From assembly GCA_964225545.1 (NCBI GenBank), contig CAXQPB010000034.1, forward strand, positions 23,853 through 87,852: a DNA stretch of 64,000 bases, in the 5' to 3' direction. The notes beneath the pieces are model-generated. The model ran no database searches, had not been told where the DNA came from, and worked only from the letters and a program-made list of their open reading frames with translations. Both the position numbers and the translations under genes were made by a program. This document shows positions 7,766 through 17,820 of this stretch, piece by piece (within the stretch, counting starts at the first letter, position 1; each line of letters starts with the position of its first letter). Origin of the DNA: Nitrosopumilus sp. (lineage in GTDB: Bacteria; Desulfobacterota; Binatia; UBA1149; SPBQ01).

Positions 7766-10186
7766 ATGTTGAAGTGCGCCACGGCGCTGGCTACGGTGTC
7801 GGACTCTGGGGCCTGGATGAGGCGGCTGCGCTGGACTTTCTTTATCGGTTTCCTCGCGTTCGTGGCGTGCGCGGGTGCCGTTTCTTTCACGCTCTACGAC
7901 CAGTACTGGACGCAGTTGCCGCCGCTGAGCCGTCTGCTGCGCTACGACCCGCCGGTTGCCACCACCGTCTACGCCGACGACGGCCGCATGGTCGGCGAAT
8001 TCTTTTTCGAAAAGCGTTACCTGACCCCGATCGACGAGATCCCCGAGGTCGCACGGCACGCGTTCGTCGCTGCCGAGGACTCGGAATTCTTCCGCCACAA
8101 GGGCGTCGACATCCAGGGCATTCTTCGCGCGTTCATTGCCAATGTTCGCGCGGGCGGGGTCGTCCAGGGCGGCAGCACCATCACCCAACAGGTCGTGAAG
8201 GCGCTTCTGCTCACACCCGAGAGGAGCTATCGCCGCAAGCTGCGCGAGGTGATGCTGTCGGTAAAGCTCGAGCGCGAGGCGACCAAAGACGAGATCCTGT
8301 TTCTCTATCTCAATCAGATCTACCTCGGCGACGGCAACTACGGCATCGGCGCGGCTTCGCGTTCCTACTTCGGGAAGGAGGTCGATGAACTCGGCGTCGC
8401 CGAAGCAGCGCTGCTCGCGGGCTTGCCGAAGGCTCCGAGTCGCTACAGCCCGACCCGCAACCCCGAAGGCGCGATCAAACGACAGCGCTACGTCCTGCAA
8501 CGGATGCTCGACGAGAACTTCATCACCGCCGAGGAGTATCGCGTCGCGATGCGCAAGGGGTTGTCCATCCTCAAGAAGAAGCAGCGGGCCGAGCCGGGCA
8601 GCTACTACGTCGAGTACATCCGCAGACACCTCGTCAACCGCTTCGGTTCGCGCGCCCCCTACTACAAGGGCTTCCGCGTCCACACCGCGATGAACCTCGA
8701 CCTCCAGAAGCAGGCGGAAGCGGCCGTGCAACGCGGCATCGAGAGCCTCGACGTCGAGCTCGGCTACTGGGGTCCCATCGAGAGCATCACACCGGAGGCC
8801 ATCGACAAACGGGTAGCCGACGATCGCGATCGCGACGACCTCGCCGATCTCGAAGAGGGCGCGACCTACCCTGCCGTGGTGACCGAATCCGTCCCCGGCC
8901 TGGTGACGGTCGCGCTCGGCGATAACGTCTCGGAGATCGACGTTTCGGGGCTGCGCTGGCATCCGAACATCGACAAAGCCGATCGTCGCTTCGATGTCGG
9001 CGATATCGTCGAGGTCACACCCGTTTTCGTCGAAGAGGGCGTAACGCTCGGGCTGACCCAGACTCCGCAGATCGCCGCAGCGCTCGTCACGGTCCAACCG
9101 TTCACCGGGCACGTCAAAGCCATGGTCGGCGGTTACGACTTCGCCCAGAGCGAGTTCAACCGCGCAATGCAGGCCTATCGCCAGCCGGGCTCATCCTTCA
9201 AGCCGCTCGTCTATGCAGCCGCTCTGGACAACGGTTACACACCGGCCAGCGTCGTGATGGACGCACCGATCCAGTTCGTCGACCACGAAACGATCTGGCG
9301 CCCGCAGAACTACAGCAAGAAGTTTTACGGCCCGACGACGCTGCGCAAGGCGATCGAGAAGTCCCGCAACGTGGTCACGATCCGCGTCGTTCAGGATCTC
9401 GGTATCACCACGGTCGTCGATTATCTGCGACGCTTCGGCTTCCGTCGCTCGATCGGGCGTAACCTGTCGGTCGGTCTGGGAACATCGGAAGTGACACCGC
9501 TGGAGCTCGCATCGGCCTACACCGCGTTCGCCAACGGCGGCCGCATGGTCGAGCCGATCTTCATCACGCGGATCGAGGATGCGGCCGGGAACCTCATCGA
9601 GGCGACCGAACTCATCGCCACCGACGTGATGTCGCCGCAGACGGCATACCTGATCACCAGCATGCTCGAGGGAGTGGTCCAGAACGGAACCGGCAAACGT
9701 GTGAAGGTTCTCAACCGACCGGTCGCCGGTAAGACCGGAACCACCGACGACCAGCACGACGCATGGTTCGTCGGCTATACGCCCGATCTACTGACAACAG
9801 TCTGGGTCGGCTACGACGATCACACCCGGACGATGGGCCTGATGGGAACCGGCGGACGCGTGGCCGCACCGTTGTGGCTCAGCTTCATGGAAGAAGCTCT
9901 CGACGGAAAACCCGTCGCTCACTTCCAGATGCCGGAGGGGATCGACTGCATGAACGTCGACCCCGAGAGCGGGCTTCGCGCGCGCGCCGACAACCTCGAG
10001 GCCTACCTCGAGTGCTTCAAGAGCGGGACCGCGCCGAAAGAGTTCACACCGGTATGGCGTTACGATCCGGAGCTCGGCACGGAGACGCTGGTCACCGACG
10101 AACATGTGGCGCCCGCGGTCGTGCCCGCCGGCGACCCCGCCGGCGCTCGGCCTCGCGGCGCCTGGGGACCTCAGAACTTCCAATAA
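7766..10186 (+). CDS. mrcA: Penicillin-binding protein 1A (bifunctional glycosyltransferase/transpeptidase)
   Basis: A GT51 region (EDSEFFRHKGVD, GGSTITQQ) and a transpeptidase region (SSFKP, KTGTT) are present. The track ORF starts at 7625 and would overlap the divergent cobB by 70 nt. The internal ATG at 7766 (or 7817) precedes the TM helix. Confidence 0.85.
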   Translation: MLKCATALATVSDSGAWMRRLRWTFFIGFLAFVACAGAVSFTLYDQYWTQLPPLSRLLRYDPPVATTVYADDGRMVGEFFFEKRYLTPIDEIPEVARHAFVAAEDSEFFRHKGVDIQGILRAFIANVRAGGVVQGGSTITQQVVKALLLTPERSYRRKLREVMLSVKLEREATKDEILFLYLNQIYLGDGNYGIGAASRSYFGKEVDELGVAEAALLAGLPKAPSRYSPTRNPEGAIKRQRYVLQRMLDENFITAEEYRVAMRKGLSILKKKQRAEPGSYYVEYIRRHLVNRFGSRAPYYKGFRVHTAMNLDLQKQAEAAVQRGIESLDVELGYWGPIESITPEAIDKRVADDRDRDDLADLEEGATYPAVVTESVPGLVTVALGDNVSEIDVSGLRWHPNIDKADRRFDVGDIVEVTPVFVEEGVTLGLTQTPQIAAALVTVQPFTGHVKAMVGGYDFAQSEFNRAMQAYRQPGSSFKPLVYAAALDNGYTPASVVMDAPIQFVDHETIWRPQNYSKKFYGPTTLRKAIEKSRNVVTIRVVQDLGITTVVDYLRRFGFRRSIGRNLSVGLGTSEVTPLELASAYTAFANGGRMVEPIFITRIEDAAGNLIEATELIATDVMSPQTAYLITSMLEGVVQNGTGKRVKVLNRPVAGKTGTTDDQHDAWFVGYTPDLLTTVWVGYDDHTRTMGLMGTGGRVAAPLWLSFMEEALDGKPVAHFQMPEGIDCMNVDPESGLRARADNLEAYLECFKSGTAPKEFTPVWRYDPELGTETLVTDEHVAPAVVPAGDPAGARPRGAWGPQNFQ

Positions 10187-11193
10187 GGCCGCAGCGCGTC
10201 CTGCGTGGCGCGACCCCACGAAGTAAGCTCCGCGCCGGCGCACTCGTCGAACGCGGGTGGTTCGCGCAAGCTGTCGAGAACGATCTGCACCGAGGAGCGC
10301 AGCGCATCGAGGTCGTAGCCGCCTTCGAGCAGCATGGCGATGCGGCCGTCGCAGCACTCGTCCGCCAGCGAGATCATCGCCGCAGCCATTTGCGCGTAAT
10401 CGCCGTCCTGCAACCGCATCATGGCGAGCGGATCGTCACGGTGCGCATCGAAGCCTGCCGAAATGAGCACGAACCCCGGGTCGAACCGGCGCGCGACCGG
10501 AAGCACCACTTCCCGGTACGCCGCAGCGTACTCCTCACCGCCCCACCCAGCCTGCATCGGCAGGTTCACGGTGCAGCCGGCCGCCTCGCCGCCTCCGACC
10601 TCGTCCGGTGCGCCGGTTCCCGGGTAAAACGGATACTGGTGAAGCGAGCAGTACATCACCGAGGGGTCGGCCCAGAAGCTGTGCTGGGTTCCGTTGCCGT
10701 GATGAACATCCCAGTCGAGGACCAGCACGCGTTCGATGCCGCGGGTCTCGCGCAGGTGTCGCGCGACCACCGCAACGTTGTTGAAAAGGCAAAAGCCCAT
10801 GGCGCGGTCCCGCTCCGCGTGATGGCCCGGCGGGCGCAGCGCCGCGAAGCCGTTGTCGAGGTCGCCGCTCAGGATCGCATCGACAAGCTCGATTGCCCCC
10901 CCGGCGGCAAGGCTCGCAGCATCGAACGAACCGGCCGAGGCCGATGTATCGGCGTCGAATCGTGTCGACGGCCGGTCGGCGCTGGCGGCAACTTCGCTCA
11001 TCATCGAAGGCTCGTGGACGCGAGCGATCTCTTCTTCGCTCGCCGCCCGCGCCGCGATCCGCGGCAGATCACGATACGGAGCGGTCGACAGGAGCTCCTC
11101 GAGGACCTCCAGCCGCTCCGGTCGCTCGGGGTGCCCGGCTCCGGTCAGGTGCTGGCGAAAGCGCGGGTCGGTGACGATGCCGGTCGTTCTCAT
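10171..11193 (-). CDS. Histone deacetylase family protein (AcuC/HDAC class II-like amidohydrolase)
   Basis: The HDAC signature HHGNGTQ..FW....[14 protein letters not shown] is present. I placed the start at MRTTG, which is preceded by GGGGG. Confidence 0.8.
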   Translation of the reverse strand: MRTTGIVTDPRFRQHLTGAGHPERPERLEVLEELLSTAPYRDLPRIAARAASEEEIARVHEPSMMSEVAASADRPSTRFDADTSASAGSFDAASLAAGGAIELVDAILSGDLDNGFAALRPPGHHAERDRAMGFCLFNNVAVVARHLRETRGIERVLVLDWDVHHGNGTQHSFWADPSVMYCSLHQYPFYPGTGAPDEVGGGEAAGCTVNLPMQAGWGGEEYAAAYREVVLPVARRFDPGFVLISAGFDAHRDDPLAMMRLQDGDYAQMAAAMISLADECCDGRIAMLLEGGYDLDALRSSVQIVLDSLREPPAFDECAGAELTSWGRATQDALRPYWKF

Positions 11194-11261
11194 TGCGCCC
11201 CCATCTGAGCAGAACGGCATCCGGGTTGAAAGCCGGACGCGCGGTCCTTAGCATGGGCCGC

Positions 11262-11750
11262 GTCACGACCATGTTCGGCATCGGACCCACGGAACTGATC
11301 GTTATCCTCGGCATCGCGCTTCTGGTGCTCGGCCCCAAGAGGCTGCCTGAGCTCGCGCGCTCCCTCGGCCGGGGCCTCGCCGAGTTTCGCCGGGCGACCT
11401 CCGAAGTGACCGAAGAGTTTCGCAACGCCGGCGTGATGATGGAGGAAGAGTCGCGCAGGGCGGCCAACAAAAAGCACAACCGGCCGCAAAAGCTCGCGCA
11501 GGCACCCCACGACGAGAGCGAGACCATCGCGCGCGGTTCGCAGAGCACGCCGTCGGACGACAATGACTCTGCGCGCTCCGCCGACGCCGCTGAACAGGAC
11601 AGCGACGGCGAAGACGAGGGAAGCGAAAGCGGAGCCGGCCGGAACCGGACGTCAGAGAACCGGACGGCCGAGCCGACAGACGCGGACACAGCTGTCGAAA
11701 ACGACGCCGACAGCCGGAAGCACTCAAAGAAAGGCGACGACTCGAAATGA
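11262..11750 (+). CDS. Twin-arginine translocase TatA/TatB family protein with long acidic C-terminal tail
   Basis: [42 protein letters not shown] is the canonical TatA/B N-terminus. The gene overlaps the tatC start by 4 nt. Confidence 0.8.
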   Translation, partial: VTTMFGIGPTELIVILGIALLVLGPKRLPELARSLGRGLAEFRRATSEVTEEFRNAGVMMEEESRRAANKKHNRPQKLAQAPHDESETIARGSQSTPSDDNDSARSADAAEQDSDGEDEGSESGAGRNRTSENRTAEPTDADTAVENDADSRKHSKKGDDSK

Positions 11751-12475
11751 CCGATGTCGAGATGTCGCTGCCCGCGCATCTCGAAGAGCTGCGCTCGCGA
11801 CTCATCCGCATGGTGCTCGCGCTCGGGCTCGCGTTCGCCGTCTGCTACCCCAACTCCCAGGCGCTGTTCGTGTTTCTCCTCGAGCCCCTCGAGCGCGCGG
11901 CTGCGCCGGACACCGAGGGGTTCGGTCTGATCGGCACCGGTGTCGCGGAGGCTTTCTTCACCCGGCTCAAAGTCAGCTTCGTCGCGGCGCTGTTCCTCTC
12001 GCTTCCGGTCATTCTGTATCAGGCGTGGATGTTCGTTCTCCCCGGGCTGAAAGATTACGAGGTTCGATACGGCAGCGGATTCGTCATCGTGGGGACGGTC
12101 TTTTTTCTGACCGGTGCTGCGTTCTGCTACGAAATCGTCTTCGCGTTCGGATTCCCGTTCTTCCTCGCTGAGTACCGGAGCATCGGTGTCGACCCGACGA
12201 TTCGCATCAGCGAATACCTTTCGTTCACATCCAGGCTGCTGCTGGCTTTCGGAATCACCTTCGAAATGCCCGTGGCGGCTTTCTTTCTCGCCCGGGTCGG
12301 GGTGATCACCCACTTGACGCTGATCGAGTACGGGCGTTATGCGTTTCTGGCGACCTTCGTTCTTGCCGCGATCCTCACGCCGCCCGACGTCGTCTCCCAG
12401 CTTCTGATGGCCGGCCCACTGCTCCTGCTCTACGGACTCTCGATCGGAGTCGCCTACGTCTTCCGGCGACGCTGA
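11747..12475 (+). CDS. tatC: Sec-independent protein translocase TatC
   Basis: This is a polytopic membrane protein with the TatC N-terminus [14 protein letters not shown]. It is translationally coupled to the preceding tatA/B gene. Confidence 0.9.
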   Translation: MTDVEMSLPAHLEELRSRLIRMVLALGLAFAVCYPNSQALFVFLLEPLERAAAPDTEGFGLIGTGVAEAFFTRLKVSFVAALFLSLPVILYQAWMFVLPGLKDYEVRYGSGFVIVGTVFFLTGAAFCYEIVFAFGFPFFLAEYRSIGVDPTIRISEYLSFTSRLLLAFGITFEMPVAAFFLARVGVITHLTLIEYGRYAFLATFVLAAILTPPDVVSQLLMAGPLLLLYGLSIGVAYVFRRR

Positions 12476-12714
12476 TCGATCTCCGCGGCACCGACATCCT
12501 CACCCGCGAGCACCACCTCGAGATCCGCGATCCGCTCTTCGGTCGCCGGCTCGAAGATCAGCCCTGCAGTCTCCTCGAGCTCGAGCAGAACCGCGCGCGC
12601 GACATCGGCGAAATCCGGTACGACCATGGCCACCATCAGCACGGTGCCGTCGGCGTATGCAGGGTCATGGGATCGGCAGATCCCCACACTCTCGTAAGAC
12701 TCCATGACCGACAT
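12454..12714 (-). CDS. Small hypothetical protein (about 86 aa), last gene of the AsmA-family operon
   Basis: An ORF continues after the zinc-ribbon gene and no family is recognised. I chose the start at M57 of the track ORF, which leaves a roughly 100-nt spacer that includes a locally lower-GC patch. Confidence 0.3.
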   Translation of the reverse strand: MSVMESYESVGICRSHDPAYADGTVLMVAMVVPDFADVARAVLLELEETAGLIFEPATEERIADLEVVLAGEDVGAAEIDQRRRKT

Positions 12715-12812
12715 CACGTAGGCCACGCTCACCGTCGGGACCGTGAAGAAAATCAAATGAACGCCGAGCTTCGAATGCACGACTGCAAGCGCCTCGAGAA
12801 GTCGATCGTGAC

Positions 12813-13133
12813 TCAATGGAACATCCCCGCGATGTCGAAATGCAGACGCATCCTCTGCTCGCAGAAGCCGCACTCGATGCCGAGAACGCGCAGCCGTCGC
12901 CCCTTCTGCTCGCTCGAACTCTCACCGCGTACGGAATAGCGGCCGCCGCACGGACAGCGTCTGCGCCGGACCTCCCGGTCGATCTCCTCGAAGTCGGAAA
13001 CCACGATCGCATTTTCCGGCCGCGCACCCGGCAAGGCGAGCATCGCGCGCCGCAGCCGCACTCGTCGCCACGCACGCCGCCCGCTGAAGCCGAGCGCGAC
13101 CAGCAACGCGAATGTGAGCAGTGCCCCGATCAT
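12813..13133 (-). CDS. Membrane-anchored zinc-ribbon protein (hypothetical)
   Basis: An N-terminal TM helix (MIGALLTFALLVALGF) is followed by CPCGG..(26)..CGFC. The gene sits 20 nt downstream of the AsmA-family gene. Confidence 0.4.
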   Translation of the reverse strand: MIGALLTFALLVALGFSGRRAWRRVRLRRAMLALPGARPENAIVVSDFEEIDREVRRRRCPCGGRYSVRGESSSEQKGRRLRVLGIECGFCEQRMRLHFDIAGMFH

Positions 13134-13152
13134 CTCGGGTGATCTCCGCCGA

Positions 13153-15249
13153 TCAGCGGAAGAAATAGTCCTTGAGCTTCGGCAGCTCGGAGTCAATCTG
13201 CGCCCCCGGGGCGTGCGGCATGAACGGCCCCGGGCCGACACCCGCACGCGACGCGGCGAGCGCGTAGCCGAGGCCGTCGCCGACATCGACGATGAGTCTG
13301 TCGGTTTTGCCGAGGATCTGCAGGGGAACGCGGAGCTGGCTCTCAGAGTCGACCAGCTCCCGCAACGCGGGATCGAGATCCGTCAGAGCCGTCGTGAGTT
13401 CGGGGCCGACGATCAGATTCCCCGACAGCGCCACCGTGCGATCGAACCCGACGAACCCTTCGGCCTCGAGGCGCGCACGCGACAGATTCGCTGCGAGTGA
13501 ACGGACAGCGAGCCCGTCCTCACGGGTCTCGAAATCGAAGGCGAAGCGGCGAAACGCAGTCGTCTTCTCGGCCATCGCGCTCGGATACGCAGCCGCGAGA
13601 TCCTTGACTGCCTCCGGTTTTCCGAGCGTCTCCAGCACGGATGTGAGCACGGCACGGATCAATCCGGTCCCGCTGATTTCACCGCGGTGCAGACCGATCC
13701 GGCCGATCACCCACGGCCCGCGGCTTTCGTTGTAGCCAAGCTCGTAGATCGAATCCATGCGGCCTTTCACATGAAGCCCCGCACCCGGCACAACATTGGC
13801 AGCGAACTGCGCGGCATCGAGATCGTCGAGGTAGCCGCCTCCGTCACCGGTCTCGGTCTCGAGCCTGTAAAGCACGTACAGATCGCCGCTGCCGTCCCAT
13901 ACCTGCTGCTTCCGCTCCACGAAGCGCACTTCATCTTTCCAGTACGTGACCGCGAACGCAGGGTCGGGAATTTTCGCGTTTCCCGCGATCAGCTCCTTGC
14001 CCAGGCACGACACGGAAAGCTCCGCGTTGATCGCAAGCACGCTGCCCTGACAGCTCAGCCCCGAGGCGCGCAAGGACACCAGCGGCAGCAGGCCGTCGAA
14101 GCTGAACTCCGGGATAACCGTTTTGTGTCTTTGAAGCACCTTGGCCATGGAGCCGGTAATGCGCAGCGTGCTGTCGATCGTGGCCTCCGCTCGCCAGCGT
14201 TCGGGGACTCCGAGGTACGACAGTGTCGAGTCGACATCGGCGCCTTCGGTCGTTAGACGCAGGTTCATCTTCCTGTCGCCGGTCGGGTCCATGTATCCGG
14301 TCAACTCGAACGGCACGGGCCCCCATTTCAGCCCGCCCCGGTTGATGCGCAGCTGTCTGGGGTAGAGGCGGGTCTCGGCATTGAAAGAAAGAAGTTCCTT
14401 GCGACTCGCGAATTCGAAACCGACCGTTCCGGTCGCATCGATCTCCAGCGGTTCCGCAGGCGCGCTCTCGTTGCCGAGATCCCCGACCGGTCCGCGAATC
14501 GAGCCTTCCATATCGATCCGGTCCGCGAGCGGGACACCCTCGAAAACTCGAAAGACGTGCGCGAACGCTGCGGGCAGGGTGTTCTCCACCCGGAAGGTAA
14601 GAGCGATTTCAGGAGCGCCGTCCGCGTCGCCCGCCGGGGTTATCGAACCGCTTGCTGCAGCGCTCGAGCCCGAACCGAAGCCTCGCGACGTCAGCTCGAA
14701 TGCAATCGGATCTCCTGCGGCCCGCGCGGGCGCCGTCAGATCGAACTCGACCGCCGTTTCTTCGTCACCGGGAGCGAGCCGACTCATGAACACGGTCGCG
14801 TCGTGGAGCACGATCGGGAACCCCTGTTCGCCGGCGACGAGGCCGGCGACGGGCCCGGAGGCGGCGCGCAGGCTCGCCGAGTCGAGCGGCCGACCGGCCC
14901 GCAGCTTCGGGTTGAAAACATCGACACGCTGAACGGCGAGTCGGCCGGCAAGCAACGGCCCGATCTTCGGAGTGATTCGCAGGTTCGGAACCTCGACGAG
15001 GACCTCACGCTCCGTCTCGCTCTGCTCGCGATTGCCACCCTTGCTCTTGTAGATCTCGATGCCTCTGACATCGAAACCCGGAGGGAACACCGAGACTCCG
15101 ATCGAGCCGCTGTCGAAACTCGCGCCAACCGATTCAGCGAGCTCCGCTCCACGCTCGCTCGCGGATCGGCTTACTGCCGAGCGAGCCTGCCAAAGGCTGA
15201 AGCCCGCCCACGCCACCACCACAGCCAGCCCGATGAGCACCTTACGCAT
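13153..15249 (-). CDS. AsmA-family / TamB-like outer-membrane biogenesis protein (N-terminal signal anchor, long beta-rich body)
   Basis: The signal anchor MRKVLIGLAVVVAWAGFSLWQA is present, and the size and composition fit AsmA-like proteins. Family assignment is by overall pattern only. Confidence 0.5.
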   Translation of the reverse strand: MRKVLIGLAVVVAWAGFSLWQARSAVSRSASERGAELAESVGASFDSGSIGVSVFPPGFDVRGIEIYKSKGGNREQSETEREVLVEVPNLRITPKIGPLLAGRLAVQRVDVFNPKLRAGRPLDSASLRAASGPVAGLVAGEQGFPIVLHDATVFMSRLAPGDEETAVEFDLTAPARAAGDPIAFELTSRGFGSGSSAAASGSITPAGDADGAPEIALTFRVENTLPAAFAHVFRVFEGVPLADRIDMEGSIRGPVGDLGNESAPAEPLEIDATGTVGFEFASRKELLSFNAETRLYPRQLRINRGGLKWGPVPFELTGYMDPTGDRKMNLRLTTEGADVDSTLSYLGVPERWRAEATIDSTLRITGSMAKVLQRHKTVIPEFSFDGLLPLVSLRASGLSCQGSVLAINAELSVSCLGKELIAGNAKIPDPAFAVTYWKDEVRFVERKQQVWDGSGDLYVLYRLETETGDGGGYLDDLDAAQFAANVVPGAGLHVKGRMDSIYELGYNESRGPWVIGRIGLHRGEISGTGLIRAVLTSVLETLGKPEAVKDLAAAYPSAMAEKTTAFRRFAFDFETREDGLAVRSLAANLSRARLEAEGFVGFDRTVALSGNLIVGPELTTALTDLDPALRELVDSESQLRVPLQILGKTDRLIVDVGDGLGYALAASRAGVGPGPFMPHAPGAQIDSELPKLKDYFFR

Positions 15250-15389
15250 GAGGTTAAAGCCTGCCGCCCCGATCCTGATTCCGCGCCCACGAGCCACCTG
15301 ACAACTGTCGCCCTTCGTCGTTCGACGTTGACTGGCTCTCGCCGCCGCGGTAGCCGGATAGTAATCGGCGCTGGATCGCCGGGCAACCA

Positions 15390-16181
15390 ATGAACTCGTA
15401 CGAAAGCATTACGGTGAAAATCGATTCCGGAATCGCGCGGCTGACGCTGAACGACCCGGACCGGCGCAACGCGATGACCCTCTCGATGGGGCGGGAGATC
15501 GAGTCCGCGGTCGAATCTCTCAACGCGGAGCAGGACGTCCGCGTGGTCATCGTCAGCGGTGCGGGCAAGTCCTTCAGCGCCGGCGGCTCACTCGCGACGC
15601 TGGCACGACAGGCCGGCATGGAGGTCGATGGCGAGGACATGGGCGGCGGCCGGGTGTTCTACAACGCGTTCCTTTCACTGCGCGCGCTGCAGATGCCGAC
15701 CATCGCGGCGATCAACGGTCACGCCATCGGAGCCGGGCTTTGCTTCGCGCTCGGTTGCGACATGCGCATTGCCCACGAGCGCGCGAAGATGGGGATGACG
15801 TTCGTGAAGCTGGGCATTCACCCCGGCATGGCGGCGACCTGGAACCTGCCCCGCCTCATCGGTCCGTCCGCCGCTGCGGAGCTGCTGTACACGGGCCGGA
15901 TCATCGACGCCACCGAGGCGCTGCGTATCGGCCTGGTCGGCCGCGTTGCCGGTGATGACTTCGCTGAAATTGTCGATTCGACGGCGCGGGAGATCAGCGA
16001 GAACGGGCCGGTCGCCCTTCGACTGCTCAAAGAGACGCTCGCCGGCACCGCGGGTCGCACCATCGAGGAAGCAGTCGGTCGTGAGGCCGACGCCCAGCAG
16101 CAGACCTTTGAAACCGAGGACGCCCGCGAGGGCATCACGGCAATGATGCAGAAACGCTCTCCGCGCTTCAGCGGACGCTAG
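15390..16181 (+). CDS. Enoyl-CoA hydratase/isomerase (crotonase family)
   Basis: The crotonase fold signature (VVIVSGAGKSFSAGGSL...INGHAIGAGLCFALGCDMRIA) is present. Confidence 0.85.
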   Translation: MNSYESITVKIDSGIARLTLNDPDRRNAMTLSMGREIESAVESLNAEQDVRVVIVSGAGKSFSAGGSLATLARQAGMEVDGEDMGGGRVFYNAFLSLRALQMPTIAAINGHAIGAGLCFALGCDMRIAHERAKMGMTFVKLGIHPGMAATWNLPRLIGPSAAAELLYTGRIIDATEALRIGLVGRVAGDDFAEIVDSTAREISENGPVALRLLKETLAGTAGRTIEEAVGREADAQQQTFETEDAREGITAMMQKRSPRFSGR

Positions 16182-16554
16182 GCGGCTCGCCGTCGGAATA
16201 GTTACTCACGGACCACACGCCGTCCTGCTGTCGAAGCGTCAACGTCACCAGACGCTCGAACGGCTCGATCCCCGGCGGCCGGATCGTCAGAACGTAAACC
16301 ATCTGAGCCTTGTCAGCGGTGGCGCGCTCGGTCTCGAGCGCGTAGTTGACGCGCGGCTTGAGCGTGTCCGCCTCGATCTCGACCTCCGAGGTCAGCTCGC
16401 GCTCCCGGTCGAGTTTACTCAGCGCCAGCCCGCTGCAGACCTCGCTCGCCGCATCCAGATCGATGTAGACATAGTGTGTGTCCATGAAACGACGGGCGAC
16501 TCGCTGTGCTTCGCTGCCGCCGCCGCAGCCGGCAAGAAAAAGCGTCGCGAGCAT
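16168..16554 (-). CDS. Hypothetical lipoprotein
   Basis: A signal peptide with lipobox LAGC is present (MLATLFLAGCGGG). No family is recognised. Confidence 0.45.
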   Translation of the reverse strand: MLATLFLAGCGGGSEAQRVARRFMDTHYVYIDLDAASEVCSGLALSKLDRERELTSEVEIEADTLKPRVNYALETERATADKAQMVYVLTIRPPGIEPFERLVTLTLRQQDGVWSVSNYSDGEPPSVR

Positions 16555-16625
16555 GACACCCACAACCGGAATCCGACCGGCACGAAGACGGGCGAGAACG
16601 CCGCCGAGACAGTGTCGTTGAATCG

Positions 16626-16931
16626 TCATTTCTTGCCGAAGAGCCTCTCGAGTTCAGATCGGGCGCCGTCACCGGCCCCATCGTTTTGCGATCCGGCAGC
16701 CCCCTGCTCGCGCGGGGAATGATAGTCACAGAAGTTGGAACGGTCCTTGTCGAGGACGCGCTCGGCCGACGGCTCGCTGCATTCGTTGTACGCGCTCGGA
16801 TCGTGAAAGCGACAGGTCAGACAGCACTTCAGCGCCGAGGCGCATGCGTCACATACGGCCTCGCGCGGAATCGGGCCATCGAACGTGTGTCGTCGTCCGC
16901 ACGCATGACAGTGCATGTTTCGCTCGCTCAT
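16626..16931 (-). CDS. Small cysteine-rich zinc-finger protein (about 100 aa, 12 Cys)
   Basis: MSERNMHCHACGRRHTFDGPIPREAVCDACASALKCCLTCRF... has CxxC-x15-CxxC followed by CCxxC. The gene lies between the hydrolase and lipoprotein genes on the same strand. Confidence 0.5.
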   Translation of the reverse strand: MSERNMHCHACGRRHTFDGPIPREAVCDACASALKCCLTCRFHDPSAYNECSEPSAERVLDKDRSNFCDYHSPREQGAAGSQNDGAGDGARSELERLFGKK

Positions 16932-16986
16932 CGTCTCGCCGACTGCTCCCGGCAGTGTCTTTTCACAAGCCCCTGCCCGATCACCG

Positions 16987-17820
16987 TCACCGCCCCGCCG
17001 GCGCGAACTCGGCCAGCCACTTCCACAGTACGTCGAGCAGCGAATCGAGCGCGCCGGGTTCGTCGAAGCGGTGTCCGACACCGTCGAACAGAGCCAGGCG
17101 TGCCCGCTCGCCCGCACAGCGGGCGATGCTGCGGGCGTGTGTCACCGGGACTACTTCATCGGCGGTTCCGTGTGCAACCAGCAGCGGACCTGAGGCCGAA
17201 TTGACCGCCTCGAGGATATCGATCCGCTCGATGTCCTCGAGGAAGGTTGACCGGATCTCGCCGTCGCGCCACCGCCGCCGGCCGGTCTCACGCCAGCGAG
17301 CGAGCGCTGCGTTATCAAGGCCCTCGGTAAAGAGCGAAGCGTCGGCCACCGCCGCGATCGTCGCCACCGCGTCGACGCTGTCCTGCGCCGCCGAGGCTGC
17401 CAGCAGAGCCACCGCGCCGCCGAGACTCGAGCCGACCAGGACACGTCGGTCCGGCTCGAACGCGTCGAGAAAGTCGAGAGCGCCAAGGCAGTCGTCGACC
17501 TCGCCCGTGATCGTCAGGTCGGCGAAATCACCCTCGGACTCGCCGACATAGGAAAAATCGAACCGCAGCACCGAGTAGCCGTCCGGGAGCGCTCGCTCGA
17601 CGATCGCGAGCTGCTTGTTGCCCTCGCGCGTCGACTCCATGCCGTGGCAGAGCACCAATACAGTGCCCGGCCGATCGCCGGCGCGGTGAAGGTCGCCTAC
17701 CAGACGGTTGCCGCGGCGACCGGCGAATTCGACCCGCTCCGCGGCAGGGAAATCCCGGCCCGCTGCGCTGTGATGCGCCGCCACGCGGCATAGTTGATAT
17801 GATGGGTCCGGCGTGAGCAA
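16987..17820 (-). CDS. Alpha/beta hydrolase fold protein
   Basis: A nucleophile elbow GSSLGG is present with the HGM...HG pattern. The start is uncertain because the track ORF overlaps the xerC start. Confidence 0.65.
   Translation of the reverse strand: MLTPDPSYQLCRVAAHHSAAGRDFPAAERVEFAGRRGNRLVGDLHRAGDRPGTVLVLCHGMESTREGNKQLAIVERALPDGYSVLRFDFSYVGESEGDFADLTITGEVDDCLGALDFLDAFEPDRRVLVGSSLGGAVALLAASAAQDSVDAVATIAAVADASLFTEGLDNAALARWRETGRRRWRDGEIRSTFLEDIERIDILEAVNSASGPLLVAHGTADEVVPVTHARSIARCAGERARLALFDGVGHRFDEPGALDSLLDVLWKWLAEFAPAGR

Noticed and set aside
7589-9112. 507-aa minus-strand ORF antisense to the PBP1A gene
   Set aside because: It lies entirely inside the well-supported mrcA coding sequence. 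Its product is low-complexity and Arg/Ala/Gly-rich, which is typical of shadow ORFs in a 68% GC genome.
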